A stretch of DNA of 64,000 bases, taken from contig JAFUQP010000007.1 of NCBI GenBank assembly GCA_017472305.1, forward strand, positions 5,272 through 69,271. Reading direction: 5' to 3'. Both the position numbers and the translations under genes were made by a program. Of the stretch, positions 45,040 through 55,808 are shown one piece after another (the first letter of the stretch is position 1; each line of letters starts with the position of its first letter). The notes below the pieces were generated by a model that made no database searches, was not told where the DNA came from, and saw only the letters and a list, made by a program, of their open reading frames with translations. The stretch comes from Clostridia bacterium (lineage in GTDB: Bacteria > Bacillota > Clostridia > Oscillospirales > CAG-272).

Positions 45040-45729
45040 TCAATTCATTTGTGCAAAGACCTTATCGGAAAAGTCATTGACGGTGTCAAGGTGCGCGCCA
45101 AGCTTTCTTGCAGCCTTGACAAAGTAAGGATAGGCGTGTCTATCCGTTCCGTGAATATCGCTTCCGATAGCGACAATAAGATTTCTTTCAAGCCACGAGC
45201 GAAGAATTCGGCGCTTTGAAAAATAGTGCATTGAAACTGCGTTTATCTGTATTTTTGCGCCGTATTCAATTATTTGCTCGATATTCTCTGTGGGATAACG
45301 CTCTGCGTGGGCAAGAATAACGTCAACACCCGACTTCACAAAGCTCTCTACAGAATAGCAGTATTCAATCTGAAAATCAGAATAAGGTAGCTCAAGGAGC
45401 AGGACGTTAGTTCCGCGAAGGAAAAGCTTTTCAATTCCGGGAAGCCTTTCTATTCCGTTACAAAGTAGAACCTCTGCTCCAAGCCGAACGGTAGGCAGGT
45501 CACTGTGCTCTGACATAAGGAGCTCGTATGCTCTGTTTCTACGGTCGAGAAAGCTCTCGACGCTATGAACGGTTGGATAAAAATGAGGTGTAGCAATAAT
45601 GCGGTCAATACCGTTCTCCCTTGCCATCTTCATTTGGCAAAGAGAGGTTTCAAGCGACGTCGAGCCGTGGTCAGCACCGGGAAGGATATGCGCGTGAAAA
45701 TCTACCGGCGCAAATCGGCTACCCGTCAT
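45040..45729 (-). CDS. PHP-family protein-tyrosine phosphatase (CpsB/YwqE type)
   Basis: The N-terminal motif DFHAHILPGADHG. It shares a 4-nt overlap with the kinase gene. Confidence 0.88.
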   Translation of the reverse strand: MTGSRFAPVDFHAHILPGADHGSTSLETSLCQMKMARENGIDRIIATPHFYPTVHSVESFLDRRNRAYELLMSEHSDLPTVRLGAEVLLCNGIERLPGIEKLFLRGTNVLLLELPYSDFQIEYCYSVESFVKSGVDVILAHAERYPTENIEQIIEYGAKIQINAVSMHYFSKRRILRSWLERNLIVAIGSDIHGTDRHAYPYFVKAARKLGAHLDTVNDFSDKVFAQMN

Positions 45730-46487
45730 TTGCTTTCCTCCTGAATATAAGAATACTTTCCGCCGTAGCGCGACATATACTTTCCGTTCTTGCCACGAAC
45801 GTTGCTCTTGAGCTTGAGAGAGGTGAGAACAACACCGAAAATCTCGGCACCTGTGCGATTGAGTATGTCAATACATTCGCCTACTCCGTTAACGTTCGAA
45901 TAGTCGGCTTTTGTGGAAATGATATATCCGTTAACGTTATTGCTTAAGTGTATAGCATCGGTAACAACCGTTACCGGCGGAGTATCAAAGATTATGCAGT
46001 CAAACCTTTCCTCACACATCTTCACAAGCTCGGTCATTTTAGACGAGGCAATGAGCTTTGTGGGGTTGACGTTGGTCGCGCCCGAGGTAAGGAGTGTGAG
46101 CTTGTACTCCGGAATATCAATAAAGTTCGGGGTATCGTCAATACCGGCAAGGTATTCGCTGAGTCCGTGGCTCTTTCTGTCAACAGAGAAAAGCTTTGCA
46201 AGCTTCGGCTGACGCATATCCACGTCTATAAGAAGCACCCGCTTTTCTTCTGAATTGAGCGCGTAAGTTATTCCAAGGTTTGCAGATACGCAGCTCTTTC
46301 CCTCGCCCGAATAGGCGCTGGTTACCGCGATCTTTTTACATTTATCCTCTATATTAAGATACAGTACATTTGTATAAAGCGACTTGAATGCTTCTCTGAT
46401 TGCGAAGGGAGTGTTATTAGTTATAGTCGTTAATTCAGGTTCGCCTTTTTTATTTAATGCGCGAGGTTTCATAAACAGCTTTTTCAT
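45726..46487 (-). CDS. BY-kinase catalytic subunit (CpsD/YwqD type tyrosine kinase)
   Basis: Walker A SAYSGEGKS, a Walker A'/B pattern and a C-terminal Tyr cluster (KYMSRYGGKYSYIQ). Confidence 0.9.
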   Translation of the reverse strand: MKKLFMKPRALNKKGEPELTTITNNTPFAIREAFKSLYTNVLYLNIEDKCKKIAVTSAYSGEGKSCVSANLGITYALNSEEKRVLLIDVDMRQPKLAKLFSVDRKSHGLSEYLAGIDDTPNFIDIPEYKLTLLTSGATNVNPTKLIASSKMTELVKMCEERFDCIIFDTPPVTVVTDAIHLSNNVNGYIISTKADYSNVNGVGECIDILNRTGAEIFGVVLTSLKLKSNVRGKNGKYMSRYGGKYSYIQEESK

Positions 46488-46528
46488 AGCATCTCCGTAA
46501 GTCCGCCCCAGCGGTTATTTATATTAAT

Positions 46529-47248
46529 TTAGACGTCGGATTCCAGTCTTGGAATAACTCCAAGCACAGGCATATCGAAATTGTCCTCGAGCTTCTCTCT
46601 CGAACGAACTACGACGTCAAGCTTCGAGATAACAAACACCGCAAGAGCCGCAAGGAGAAAGCCGCCTGCAAAGCCTATAACAGCGTTTCTTACAACGTTC
46701 TTGCTATCGGGAGAGGTAGGAAGCGCGGGGTCGTCCTTCAGGTCGATAGTAACGGCGTATTTTGTTTCCTTATAATCCTCTACCAAAAGCTTTCCCGCAA
46801 CCTCGGCAATAGCCTGAGAAATCTCAGGGTCGTCAGAGGTTACCCTGATATAATAGCAGGTAGTGTTCTCTCCGCTGAGCACAACCTTCATCATCGGACG
46901 AATCTGTGAAGGAGTGAACTCTCTTGTGATAGAGTAATCATTCTTAAGGCTGTCGATTACCTTGTTTGCAAATCTGTTAGTATCAACTATCTCCTGCATA
47001 TTGGCAATCATAAGCTGCATTGCATCAACCTCGCTCGAGGTAAGACCTGTCTTGTCATAAACCTCGGTGTAGTTGATTTTAGACATCATATACTTACCCG
47101 AAGAGGTGTAGGTATCCTTCTTCATAAATGCAGAATATCCGCCGAATGCCGCACCGAAAAGAACGGCAACAAGGATAATGAGCCATAGCTTTGGAAGAAA
47201 AATATTAATTAAGCCTTTAATTGTTATTTCATCGTTTTGCTTTTTCAT
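46529..47248 (-). CDS. Wzz/CpsC-type chain-length determinant and BY-kinase transmembrane activator
   Basis: Two TM helices flank an extracellular domain. It lies immediately upstream of the kinase. Confidence 0.85.
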   Translation of the reverse strand: MKKQNDEITIKGLINIFLPKLWLIILVAVLFGAAFGGYSAFMKKDTYTSSGKYMMSKINYTEVYDKTGLTSSEVDAMQLMIANMQEIVDTNRFANKVIDSLKNDYSITREFTPSQIRPMMKVVLSGENTTCYYIRVTSDDPEISQAIAEVAGKLLVEDYKETKYAVTIDLKDDPALPTSPDSKNVVRNAVIGFAGGFLLAALAVFVISKLDVVVRSREKLEDNFDMPVLGVIPRLESDV

Positions 47249-47278
47249 TTATCCACCCGTAAAAAAGTTTTGTTGAAG

Positions 47279-47316
47279 AAAAACGAGAGTTGCAAAAACA
47301 AGGGACTGCAACTCTC
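47279..47316 (-). terminator. Intrinsic terminator after the lipoprotein gene
   Basis: The 10-bp stem GAGAGTTGCA/TGCAACTCTC is followed by T5 on the minus strand. Confidence 0.8.
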
Positions 47317-47329
47317 AGTTTTTCGTTAA

Positions 47330-48523
47330 TTATTCACCGAGAACAGAATGCTTGTTTTGCTCAAGACCGTACTTTGCAGCATCTGCCGTCCAAACGTCGG
47401 AATAGCTTGCAATAAATACATTTCCGGTGTATTCGATATTCATATTGTATACTCGGTCCTCTTCGGTGCTCTTAACGACGATGCCGTCAACTACAGTGTA
47501 GTTAGCGCCCTTGACACCGTACTGGAGAGTATTTCTAATATTCTTATCCTTATTAAGCGCGTAGATTATCTCCATCGCTCTGTCGGTGTAATCAACAAGG
47601 ACAACCTGGATATCCTCGCCCTGCTCATTCTTTCCTGCCTCGGTCTTGTTAGCCGAAGGAAGAACGCCGTATGCGGAAGCGTATGCCTCGTCGGCATTGG
47701 CTACAGGATACCTTGCCACGTTAACTATGTACTGCTGACGGGCGGTTCCCTCTACCTTCTTTGCTTCCTCTGTCTGCTTATACTCATAAGGCTTGTCGGT
47801 TACAAGAGTGATAACGTCGCTCTCAACGAGGTCAGCCTCGCCGGGGTCGTTATTTGCGTTATACTCAGCAATCTTCGCCTTAAGCTCGAGCGCATGCTCG
47901 TCGTCCATAGAGGTTATGGAAAGAAGAGTGGTCTGTGCGCTGACACCGAGCTTTCTTTCGGCAATTTCCCTGTTTATCTGAATATAATCGTAAGAACCGA
48001 ATACGCGGTTGTTCGGAACACCGTAAAGTGCGCCGTTAACGTATGCCGCGTCAAGGAGAGGCGACTTGTAGTCGGGAGCAAGGTCACCGAACTTTTTGGA
48101 TTCAAGATAAGGAGCGAGGTCCTTGAAGTTATACTCATCAAGCATTGACTTGTCGTTGATAAGAACTATTCTGCCACCGTAAAGGTAATTGCGGAACTCG
48201 GTATTCGAAAGGTCGGTAGGACCTGCCTCAACGTCCGCTTTCAATGCAGTCTGATACTCAGTAGCAGTCAGATAATGAATTTTTACCTGAGTGTTGTACT
48301 TCTTCAACAGCTGATTTATACTGTCGTTTACCGTAACCTTGGCGGGTTCGTCCGTGCCGTCCTCGGTAATGACGTAAAAGTCATAGTAAACGTTATAAAC
48401 CGTGGTATCCTGTACGCCATACTTGTCTTTCCAGTAGTCCGGGTCAAACTCGTCGCAGCTGACAAGCGCAAACGAAAGAAGAACGGCGGAAAGAAGCATT
48501 GCAATAATTTTTTTCATTCTCAT
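47330..48523 (-). CDS. Lipoprotein resembling an extracellular solute-binding protein
   Basis: Signal peptide with the lipobox LVSC. About 397 aa. No permease or ATPase genes are adjacent. Confidence 0.7.
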   Translation of the reverse strand: MRMKKIIAMLLSAVLLSFALVSCDEFDPDYWKDKYGVQDTTVYNVYYDFYVITEDGTDEPAKVTVNDSINQLLKKYNTQVKIHYLTATEYQTALKADVEAGPTDLSNTEFRNYLYGGRIVLINDKSMLDEYNFKDLAPYLESKKFGDLAPDYKSPLLDAAYVNGALYGVPNNRVFGSYDYIQINREIAERKLGVSAQTTLLSITSMDDEHALELKAKIAEYNANNDPGEADLVESDVITLVTDKPYEYKQTEEAKKVEGTARQQYIVNVARYPVANADEAYASAYGVLPSANKTEAGKNEQGEDIQVVLVDYTDRAMEIIYALNKDKNIRNTLQYGVKGANYTVVDGIVVKSTEEDRVYNMNIEYTGNVFIASYSDVWTADAAKYGLEQNKHSVLGE

Positions 48524-48686
48524 GCTACCGAGAACCTCCGAATAATTTTCTACTATAGTAGTTTACTATATTCACGGGCAAAAGTCAAGACTTTTTATAT
48601 TAATAAAAGCTTTTGGTAAAACAAATAGTCAGTTTATACAAAAGTTGTTTTGAGTTTTTGTGAATATTTAATGTCTGTTTTTGCCA

Positions 48687-49754
48687 TTAATTGGAAAGAT
48701 AATCCTTGAGAGTTTTCGAGCGCGAGGGGTGACGAAGCTTACGGAGCGCCTTTGCCTCAATCTGTCTGATACGCTCTCTTGTAATCTCGAATTTTTTTCC
48801 TACCTCCTCGAGAGTTCTAGGCCTTCCGTCCTCAAGTCCGAAGCGAAGCTTGATAACCTGCTCCTCTCTCGGGGTGAGGGTGTGAAGAATGTTGCAGAGC
48901 TGCTCGCGAAGAAGCGAATAGGACGCGCTGTCAGAGGGAGCGGGAGAGTCGCTGTCCTCAACGAAATCGCCGAGTCTTGAGTCCTCCTCCTCACCGATAG
49001 GAGTTTCGAGCGAAACGGGGTCCTGTGCAATCTTCATAATCTCCCTGACCTTATCGGCAGTCATTCCGAGCGCCTCGGCAATCTCGTCTGTAGAAGGCTC
49101 TCTGCCGAATTCCTGAAGAAGCTGACGGGCGGTTCTCGATACCTTGTGAATGGTTTCCACCATATGGACGGGAATTCTTATGGTTCTCGCCTGGTCGGCA
49201 ATAGCACGGGTAATTGCCTGCCTTATCCACCATGTAGCGTATGTAGAGAACTTGTAGCCCTTGCTGTAATCGAACTTCTCTACCGCCTTGATAAGACCGA
49301 GGTTACCCTCCTGGATAAGGTCAAGGAAATACATTCCCTTACCCACGTGGCGCTTTGCAATGCTTACGACCAGACGAAGGTTCGCCTCAATAAGCTCGTC
49401 CTTAGCCGCCTTATTACCCACGGTAATCTGCTCTGCAAGATAGGTTTCGCGCTCGGGGGAAAGGAGAGGAATCTTTCCTATTTCCTTAAGATACATACGA
49501 ACAGGGTCGTCGATTGCAAGGCCCTCCTGTAGGAAGAGCTTGTCCATATTTTCAGCCGAATCATACGCCTTGACGTCCTGCTCAAGCTCCTTAAGATCGT
49601 CACTCTCGAGATCGTCGGGATCCACAACGTCAATATCCGCCTGGGAAATGTCGTAGTCGATATCCTCGAGCGCCTTCATTATATCGGAGTTGCCTATACC
49701 GCCGTCGCTCTTGGAATCAATAAATTCATTTACGTCAATCTTATCTCTGCTCAT
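48687..49754 (-). CDS. sigA: RNA polymerase primary sigma factor
   Basis: Regions 1.2 to 4.2 are present ([34 protein letters not shown]). The dnaG-sigA order is conserved. Confidence 0.97.
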   Translation of the reverse strand: MSRDKIDVNEFIDSKSDGGIGNSDIMKALEDIDYDISQADIDVVDPDDLESDDLKELEQDVKAYDSAENMDKLFLQEGLAIDDPVRMYLKEIGKIPLLSPERETYLAEQITVGNKAAKDELIEANLRLVVSIAKRHVGKGMYFLDLIQEGNLGLIKAVEKFDYSKGYKFSTYATWWIRQAITRAIADQARTIRIPVHMVETIHKVSRTARQLLQEFGREPSTDEIAEALGMTADKVREIMKIAQDPVSLETPIGEEEDSRLGDFVEDSDSPAPSDSASYSLLREQLCNILHTLTPREEQVIKLRFGLEDGRPRTLEEVGKKFEITRERIRQIEAKALRKLRHPSRSKTLKDYLSN

Positions 49755-51540
49755 TTGTATTCTCCTTGTTTTTGGTTTCGCGTTTATTGTTTAAAAGCTC
49801 ACGGAGAGCCTCCAGACTTTGATTTGTTTTCGAAGCATTTTTACGCACCGACAAGCGAAGCGACTCTATTGCCTCGAGAAGCACCGTGTCACCGTTATCG
49901 GTCATTGCCATACGTGACAGGCGCATTTTGATAATCCTTCCGACCTCGTCGGCAGAAAAGCTATCATTTAAATTAATATTATAATCCTCGCCTCTTTGAT
50001 AGCAGTCAAAGAGATACGAGAACACCCTCTTTGAGAGGTCCGTGAAGAAATCGTCCTCCGATAGAAGCCCCCCTTCAAACACCTTCTTGCGATGCTCCTC
50101 AAAGAGAAGAAGGAAGCCGAGAACGTTTTCCTCGTGCTTTGCAACCGCGGGGGCTTTGATGTAATCGGGATTAACCCTGTCGGAGTAACCGACTGTATTT
50201 TGCTTGATTTTTTCGGACTCCTCTTTTCTTCGGTTGTACGCCGCCGCTCTGATAAGTCTGTCAACGTCCGACTTGATGCTCTTTGCATCTATATCAAGAT
50301 TTGTAGCAACAACCCGAATGTAAATATCGCGTTCTGCCGCGGAATAAGTTTCGGATATCAGCTTTTCGAGAGAATGAAGCGCCTTTATACGTTCGGCAGG
50401 AACCGATATATCGTGCTTTGCAAGTATGTTGTCCATATTGTAGTCAAAGCGGCTCTTTGATGACTCGAGAAGTGCCTTGAACTTCTCCGCGCCGTTGGCT
50501 TTGATATATTCGTCGGGGTCCTTTGCGCCCGGTACCTTGAGTATCGTTACCTCAAGTCCTACGTCGGTAAGCATCTTCGTTGCTCTCATTGCCGCCTTCT
50601 GCCCTGCCTCGTCGGCATCGTAGGAAATGATAACCTTCTTCGTGTATCGGCTCATCATTCGTGCCTGCTCCGAGGTTATCGCCGTTCCAAGAGTTGCAAC
50701 CGCGTTGGTAAAGCCTGCGGAATGCATCGCTATAACGTCCATATATCCCTCGCAGAGTATCATCGCTTCCTGACAGGTGAGTCTTGCAAAGTTAAGAGCA
50801 AACAGGTTTCTTGATTTCTTGAAAACCGGCGTATCAGAGGAATTCTTGTATTTTGGCTTCGAGTCATCCATAACTCTTCCGCCGAAGGCAATAACGTTTC
50901 CCGAGGCGTCGATTATCGGGAACATAACGCGGTTTCTGAAGGCATCGTAATACTTGCCCTTCTCGCTTCTTCCGCAGAGAAATCCCGCAACAAGCTCGTC
51001 GTAGGTATAGCCCTTATTAAGCATATATTTCGAGAACACGTCAAAGCTGTTCGGAGCAAAGCCGAGCCCAAAATGCTTGATTGTGGCTACGGAAAGTCCT
51101 CTTTTGTTTACAAAATAGTCAAGTGCCGCCCGTGCATCGGGGTTGTCGGAAAACAGACACGAGTGAAAATACTTCGCGGCATCGACGTTCATTTTGAGCA
51201 TTTTTGCCCTATCGTACTTCGGTGTCGGGGAATATGAGCCCTTCGACTCGTCGCGTACAATAGTTATTCCCGCTCTGTTTGCAAGAAATTCAACTGCATC
51301 GGGATAATCGAGGTTTTCCCTTTTTCTTATAAAGGTTATAGCGTCGCCGCCCGCCCCGCAGCCAAAGCAGTAAAAGCTGTTATCCTGCGGATAAACTGTA
51401 AAGGACGGTGTTTTCTCACTGTGAAAGGGGCACAGCCCCTTAAGATTTGAGCCTGCGCGCTTCAGGGTAACGTAGCTTCCAATCAAGTCTTCGATATCGT
51501 TTCGCGCTATTACCTGCTCTATAGTTTCCTTGCTTATCAA
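49741..51540 (-). CDS. dnaG: DNA primase
   Basis: Zinc ribbon ([20 protein letters not shown]) and a TOPRIM domain. TTG start 9 nt after GGAGG. Confidence 0.96.
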   Translation of the reverse strand: MISKETIEQVIARNDIEDLIGSYVTLKRAGSNLKGLCPFHSEKTPSFTVYPQDNSFYCFGCGAGGDAITFIRKRENLDYPDAVEFLANRAGITIVRDESKGSYSPTPKYDRAKMLKMNVDAAKYFHSCLFSDNPDARAALDYFVNKRGLSVATIKHFGLGFAPNSFDVFSKYMLNKGYTYDELVAGFLCGRSEKGKYYDAFRNRVMFPIIDASGNVIAFGGRVMDDSKPKYKNSSDTPVFKKSRNLFALNFARLTCQEAMILCEGYMDVIAMHSAGFTNAVATLGTAITSEQARMMSRYTKKVIISYDADEAGQKAAMRATKMLTDVGLEVTILKVPGAKDPDEYIKANGAEKFKALLESSKSRFDYNMDNILAKHDISVPAERIKALHSLEKLISETYSAAERDIYIRVVATNLDIDAKSIKSDVDRLIRAAAYNRRKEESEKIKQNTVGYSDRVNPDYIKAPAVAKHEENVLGFLLLFEEHRKKVFEGGLLSEDDFFTDLSKRVFSYLFDCYQRGEDYNINLNDSFSADEVGRIIKMRLSRMAMTDNGDTVLLEAIESLRLSVRKNASKTNQSLEALRELLNNKRETKNKENTNEQR

Positions 51541-51604
51541 AAGAGCCGACCTCCTTCCCTGTTTTGTACTAATATACGATAGTTATTTACAAAACACTTT
51601 TAAT

Positions 51605-52237
51605 TCAGTAATCGAATTTTTCAGATATAATTTTTGTCTGTGCCCTGCCCGAGGTTGCCTCGGTAAGAGCGTGAAGAAGCTCATCTGCATCGCTCTTTAA
51701 AATACTGCCCAGAACCTCAACGCTTTCTCTGTAGGATACGTCGGAGGTGCGGAAGCCAAGCTGCGAAAGCGAAGCGGTAATCTTTCCGTAATCCGAGTAG
51801 GAAACGGTTATCGAAATCTCGGAATAAATATCATACCTGATAATTTCTGCCGCCTCGAGTGCCCCCTGCGCCGCCGAGGTATAAGCTCTCACAAGTCCGC
51901 CCGTACCGAGAAGAGTACCGCCGAAGTATCTTGTTACCACTATAACGGTATCGGTGCAGCCGCGCTTTCTTATAACGTCAAGCACCGGCATTCCCGCAGT
52001 TCCCTGCGGCTCTCTGTCGTCGGTAAAGCGCATTATTGAATTCTCACGCAAGACGTAAGCGTATACGTGATGCCTTGCATCCGGATATCTCTTTTTTACC
52101 GACTCGATAAAGGCAAGCGCTTCTTTTTCGCTCGACACGGGACATGCCTCTCCGATAAAAACCGATTTTCTATCCTCGTATTCGTAGCTTGACTGCTGCC
52201 TTACGGTTGTGTATGCTTGGGTTTCCATATCATTCAC
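51605..52237 (-). CDS. YigZ/IMPACT-family protein
   Basis: UPF0029 N-domain pattern (DDREPQGTAG). It overlaps the hflX stop by 8 nt. Confidence 0.85.
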   Translation of the reverse strand: MNDMETQAYTTVRQQSSYEYEDRKSVFIGEACPVSSEKEALAFIESVKKRYPDARHHVYAYVLRENSIMRFTDDREPQGTAGMPVLDVIRKRGCTDTVIVVTRYFGGTLLGTGGLVRAYTSAAQGALEAAEIIRYDIYSEISITVSYSDYGKITASLSQLGFRTSDVSYRESVEVLGSILKSDADELLHALTEATSGRAQTKIISEKFDY

Positions 52238-53495
52238 CCCCGACTATATAGCGCTTGTAGCGTCCTCTTGACGCCTCGTCAAGCTTTACCTTTACCATAA
52301 CTCCGTCGGCAAGATACTCGACACTCTCTACTGTATATCCCGAATAAAGAGTGCTGACGAGCGACTGCTCGGAGTAAGGAATAAGAAGGTTCGTGCTCTT
52401 TTTGAACTTAAGGAGCAGCTCCTCTATCTTGGAGATAAGCAAATCAAGCCCCCTGCCGTCCTTGCCGGATACAAAAACCGAGTCCTCCGATGGCTCAAGC
52501 ACGCCCTCGCTATCGAGAAGGTCGCATTTGTTATATACAAACAGCACCGGCTTGTCCGATGCCTCAAGCTCCTCTATTACAGAGAGTGTAACCTCTATAT
52601 GCTCCGTCACCTCGGGGTCGGTAGCGTCGGATACTATAAGAAGCACGTCGGCATATTTTACCTCGTCCAGCGTTGACTTGAACGCCTTGACAAGATGGTG
52701 CGGAAGCTTTCTTATAAAACCTACAGTGTCGGTCAGAAGTATGCTCTCCCCGCAAGGAAGCTCGTATTTTCTGGTCGTTGGGTCAAGCGTTGCAAAAAGC
52801 TTGTCCTCCGAAATCACCCCTGCCCCCGTCAGCGCGTTAAGAAGCGTTGATTTACCTGCGTTGGTATATCCGACGAGCGCAACCTTAAGGAGTCCGCTTC
52901 TGTCCCTTTGCGCGCGCATTACGCGGCGATTATTCTCCATCTCGGCAAGCCTGTGCTCGAGTATGGAAATTTTTTCTTTTAAGTGTCTTCTGTCGCTCTC
53001 GAGCTTTGTTTCACCGGGGCCTCTGGTTCCGATACCGCCGCCAAGCCTTGAGAGCTCTGTACCGTGTCCCATAAGCCTCGGTGCTGAATATCTGAGCTGC
53101 GCCAGCTCGACCTGTAATTTTCCCTCGCCGCTTGTCGCGTGAAGAGCAAATATGTCGAGTATCAGCATACTGCGGTCTATTACGGTGACGTCCTCACCGA
53201 TATCGCCCTCGAGATTTCTAATCTGCGCGGGGGTAAGCTCGAAATCAAATATAACGAGCCCGATGCACTCCTCACGGCAAAGCTCGGAAATCTCGCGAAC
53301 CTTACCGCTTCCTATGCAGGTTCTCGGGTCAAAGCTATCCTTTACCTGAATTACTCTGTATGCCGCCTCGCCGCCCGCGGTGTCAAGAAGCCTCTCAAGC
53401 TCGTCAAGGCTTCTCTCACATTCGGGAAGGTCAATGCCACGCTCGGCAATCCCGACGAGTATTGCTCGGCTCTTTACAACCTCCGAAGAATTCAT
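52230..53495 (-). CDS. hflX: GTPase HflX
   Basis: HflX N-domain plus the G-domain motifs GYTNAGKST, DTVGF and NKCD. ATG 53495 has an AAGGAGA SD. Confidence 0.94.
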   Translation of the reverse strand: MNSSEVVKSRAILVGIAERGIDLPECERSLDELERLLDTAGGEAAYRVIQVKDSFDPRTCIGSGKVREISELCREECIGLVIFDFELTPAQIRNLEGDIGEDVTVIDRSMLILDIFALHATSGEGKLQVELAQLRYSAPRLMGHGTELSRLGGGIGTRGPGETKLESDRRHLKEKISILEHRLAEMENNRRVMRAQRDRSGLLKVALVGYTNAGKSTLLNALTGAGVISEDKLFATLDPTTRKYELPCGESILLTDTVGFIRKLPHHLVKAFKSTLDEVKYADVLLIVSDATDPEVTEHIEVTLSVIEELEASDKPVLFVYNKCDLLDSEGVLEPSEDSVFVSGKDGRGLDLLISKIEELLLKFKKSTNLLIPYSEQSLVSTLYSGYTVESVEYLADGVMVKVKLDEASRGRYKRYIVGGE

Positions 53496-53534
53496 AGCTC
53501 TCCTTTCTCTTTGGCTGAACAAGGTCAAAAGAAC

Positions 53535-53569
53535 AAAAAGAGCGACGGACTTATCCGAGCGCTCTTTTT
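53535..53569 (-). terminator. Intrinsic terminator after rpmE
   Basis: The stem AAAGAGCG/CGCTCTTT has runs on both sides. Confidence 0.7.
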
Positions 53570-53581
53570 AATTCACAATAA

Positions 53582-53794
53582 TTACTTATTGTTATTCGCC
53601 ATAGCAAGACGCTTCTTGAACTTGTCAAGACGACCGCCTGCATCAACGAACTTCTGCTTACCTGTATAGAAGGGATGGCAGTTGGAGCAAATTTCTACGT
53701 TCATATCGCCCTTAACAGAGTGAGTCTGAACACTTGCGCCGCAAGCACATCTGATGGTAGCTTCTTTGTATTCGGGATGTATTCCAGCCTTCAT
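53582..53794 (-). CDS. rpmE: 50S ribosomal protein L31
   Basis: [19 protein letters not shown] is canonical. Confidence 0.97.
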   Translation of the reverse strand: MKAGIHPEYKEATIRCACGASVQTHSVKGDMNVEICSNCHPFYTGKQKFVDAGGRLDKFKKRLAMANNNK

Positions 53795-54005
53795 TTTAAC
53801 ACCTCTTTACGCATTTTATCATTTTATTGCACTATATTATAACATATTATTTTTTGTTTTGCAATACCTTTTTGAAAATTTCCAAAAAGATTTTTCCTTC
53901 GCCGATTTTTGACATAAAGCGTAGCCCCGCTTTGAGTTAAGAGAGCGAAAAAAACGGAACGGGGCACTAAAATTTTCCCTGCCTTTACTGTAGCTACAGC
54001 GCGTG

Positions 54006-54716
54006 CTAGCACTTCTCCTCAAGCTTGTGTCTAAGCCTTGTCATTATACGCTTTTCAAGCCTTGATATGTAGCTTTGCGATATACCGAGTGTGTCTGCGA
54101 CCTCCTTCTGCGTAAGCTCCTCGCCGCCCGTCAGCCCATATCTCATTTCTATGATTATCCTTTCCCTGTCGGAAAGGTCGGATACCGCGGCACGGAGCAT
54201 ACGCCTCTCCTCGTCCTCCTCCATATCTTTGATTACGACGTCAGACTCGCTTCCGAGAACGTCAGAGAGCAGAAGCTCATTACCGTCCCAATCAACCGAA
54301 AGCGGCTCGTCTATTGATATTTCCTTCTTCTGCGAGGACGTTTTCCTGATAAACATCAGTATTTCGTTTTCAATACACCTTGATGCATAGGTAGCAAGCT
54401 TAATGTTTTTATCCTTGTTAAAGGTTGAGACCGCCTTCATAAGCCCTAGCGTACCTATCGAAATCAGCTCCTCGATATTCGCCCCCGTATTCTCAAAGCG
54501 CTTTGCAATATATGCGACGAGCCGCAGGTTATGCTCTATCAGCATATCCCTTGAATGCTGTGTGCCTATAGTGTTTATCATCTCCTCCTCGACCTCTGCG
54601 GGCAGTGGCGGCGGAAGAGTTTCATTACCATTTATATAATATACCTCGCTTCCAAAGATTAATCCCCGTATACGGAGATATATCCGAAGAAAAGCGAGCC
54701 TAAGCCTTGTGAACAT
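54006..54716 (-). CDS. sigE: Sporulation sigma factor SigE (pro-sigma-E)
   Basis: Close residue-by-residue resemblance to B. subtilis pro-sigma-E as I recall it, including the pro-sequence and EVYYI.G...LPPPL. It directly follows spoIIGA. ATG 54716 gives a pro-peptide of the expected length. Confidence 0.93.
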   Translation of the reverse strand: MFTRLRLAFLRIYLRIRGLIFGSEVYYINGNETLPPPLPAEVEEEMINTIGTQHSRDMLIEHNLRLVAYIAKRFENTGANIEELISIGTLGLMKAVSTFNKDKNIKLATYASRCIENEILMFIRKTSSQKKEISIDEPLSVDWDGNELLLSDVLGSESDVVIKDMEEDEERRMLRAAVSDLSDRERIIIEMRYGLTGGEELTQKEVADTLGISQSYISRLEKRIMTRLRHKLEEKC

Positions 54717-55566
54717 CACATATTGCGGCAGAAGGCATAAGAGCACTGAATCCGCCGTAATTACCTCCTTCCTTATCTATAGCAACGGTTACGGCAATTT
54801 CGCCTTCACCCATATCTCCGAGAACTCTCACCGAATCAACCTTCATTCCCGTAAGAACGTGCGTTTGTCCCCCTCTCGTTACGGGGAGAAGCCGTATGCG
54901 CTTTCTTATCGCGCGGTCCAGCTTATCGGGGTCGGAAAGCTCGATTACGCTCTCGGGAAAGAGCTTTTCCGCAAGCTCCCTTTTTATAAACATCACAGGT
55001 CGCATATCCATAGGGTCCATTGCAAGATTTCCGCTATCAACGAACGCCTCGCCGCTGACCGACTTGCCGAGGAAGCTTATCTCAAATTTTACGCTTCCCT
55101 CACATTCAAGATTTGAAAAGAACGAAACAATCATTTTAAATACTCCTATAGACAAAAGAACGAGTATCGAAAACAGAAGCAGCTTTCTGTTTTGCGCTCC
55201 GCCCTCTTGCGTGCTTAATTTATCGTAGACGAATTCATCCAGAAACGACCATAAGTAATAAGCAGCTCCACCCGTAAGAGCCTCGAAAATAAGGAAGGAA
55301 AACAAAAGCTTTCCCCGCCTTCTCGCGCTGACCTTCCCCGCAGCGACGTAGACTATTAAAACAAGCGACAGCACCGATAAAAGAAGGCTTACCAGCTCCG
55401 ACTCCAGAAATACAATGACCGATGCCGAGATGCCGCCGACTATTGCCGCTAGTATACCGCGCCGTGTGCTAACGGGAACTCGGGATATCCTCGAGGCAAA
55501 GTAAATAGCCAGAAGGTCAACTGTAAAGTTTATTAAAAAATACACGTCGATATATAAGGTTTTCAA
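54700..55566 (-). CDS. spoIIGA: Sigma-E processing peptidase SpoIIGA
   Basis: Five N-terminal TM helices and the aspartic protease motif VDSGN. TTG start after AGGAGG. Confidence 0.92.
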   Translation of the reverse strand: MKTLYIDVYFLINFTVDLLAIYFASRISRVPVSTRRGILAAIVGGISASVIVFLESELVSLLLSVLSLVLIVYVAAGKVSARRRGKLLFSFLIFEALTGGAAYYLWSFLDEFVYDKLSTQEGGAQNRKLLLFSILVLLSIGVFKMIVSFFSNLECEGSVKFEISFLGKSVSGEAFVDSGNLAMDPMDMRPVMFIKRELAEKLFPESVIELSDPDKLDRAIRKRIRLLPVTRGGQTHVLTGMKVDSVRVLGDMGEGEIAVTVAIDKEGGNYGGFSALMPSAAICDVHKA

Positions 55567-55695
55567 TAACCGACCTCCTAAAGCTCAAGCTTTGCCGTAG
55601 TCCTTATGCGTTCTGTTCACCGGCGGCAACCGCCAAAGCCTTAATCGTAGTGCTTTTGCAACGCCAAAAACTCACCTACGGTATTTACAGAGAAC

Positions 55696-55730
55696 ATTTT
55701 AGCACAGAGCGCGCAAAATAATTGTCGCAA
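55696..55730 (-). promoter_or_regulatory. Candidate spoIIG-type promoter with an overlapping Spo0A-box-like element
   Basis: On the minus strand TTGCGA (55730-55725), a 23-nt spacer, then TAAAAT (55701-55696). TTGCGACA resembles a 0A box (TTCGACA). Confidence 0.35.
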
Positions 55731-55744
55731 AAGGGCGCGGTAAA

Positions 55745-55781
55745 AATAAAAAATCAGTCCTCCGAAAAATTCGGAAGACCG
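55745..55781 (-). terminator. Intrinsic terminator after the mrp-like gene
   Basis: On the minus strand the stem GGTCTTCCGA/TCGGAGGAC (with G-U pairs) is followed by T6. Confidence 0.7.
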
Positions 55782-55808
55782 ATTTCAGAAAATATGAGCT
55801 TATAAAAG

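Noticed and set aside
54717-54746. A longer sigE ORF starting at GTG 54746, and the alternative call as sigK
   Set aside because: The extension lies inside spoIIGA coding sequence and adds residues not seen in pro-sigma-E. ATG 54716 gives a pro-sequence of the same length as B. subtilis pro-sigma-E. Adjacency to spoIIGA and the EVYYI.G..LPPPL region indicate sigE, not sigK.
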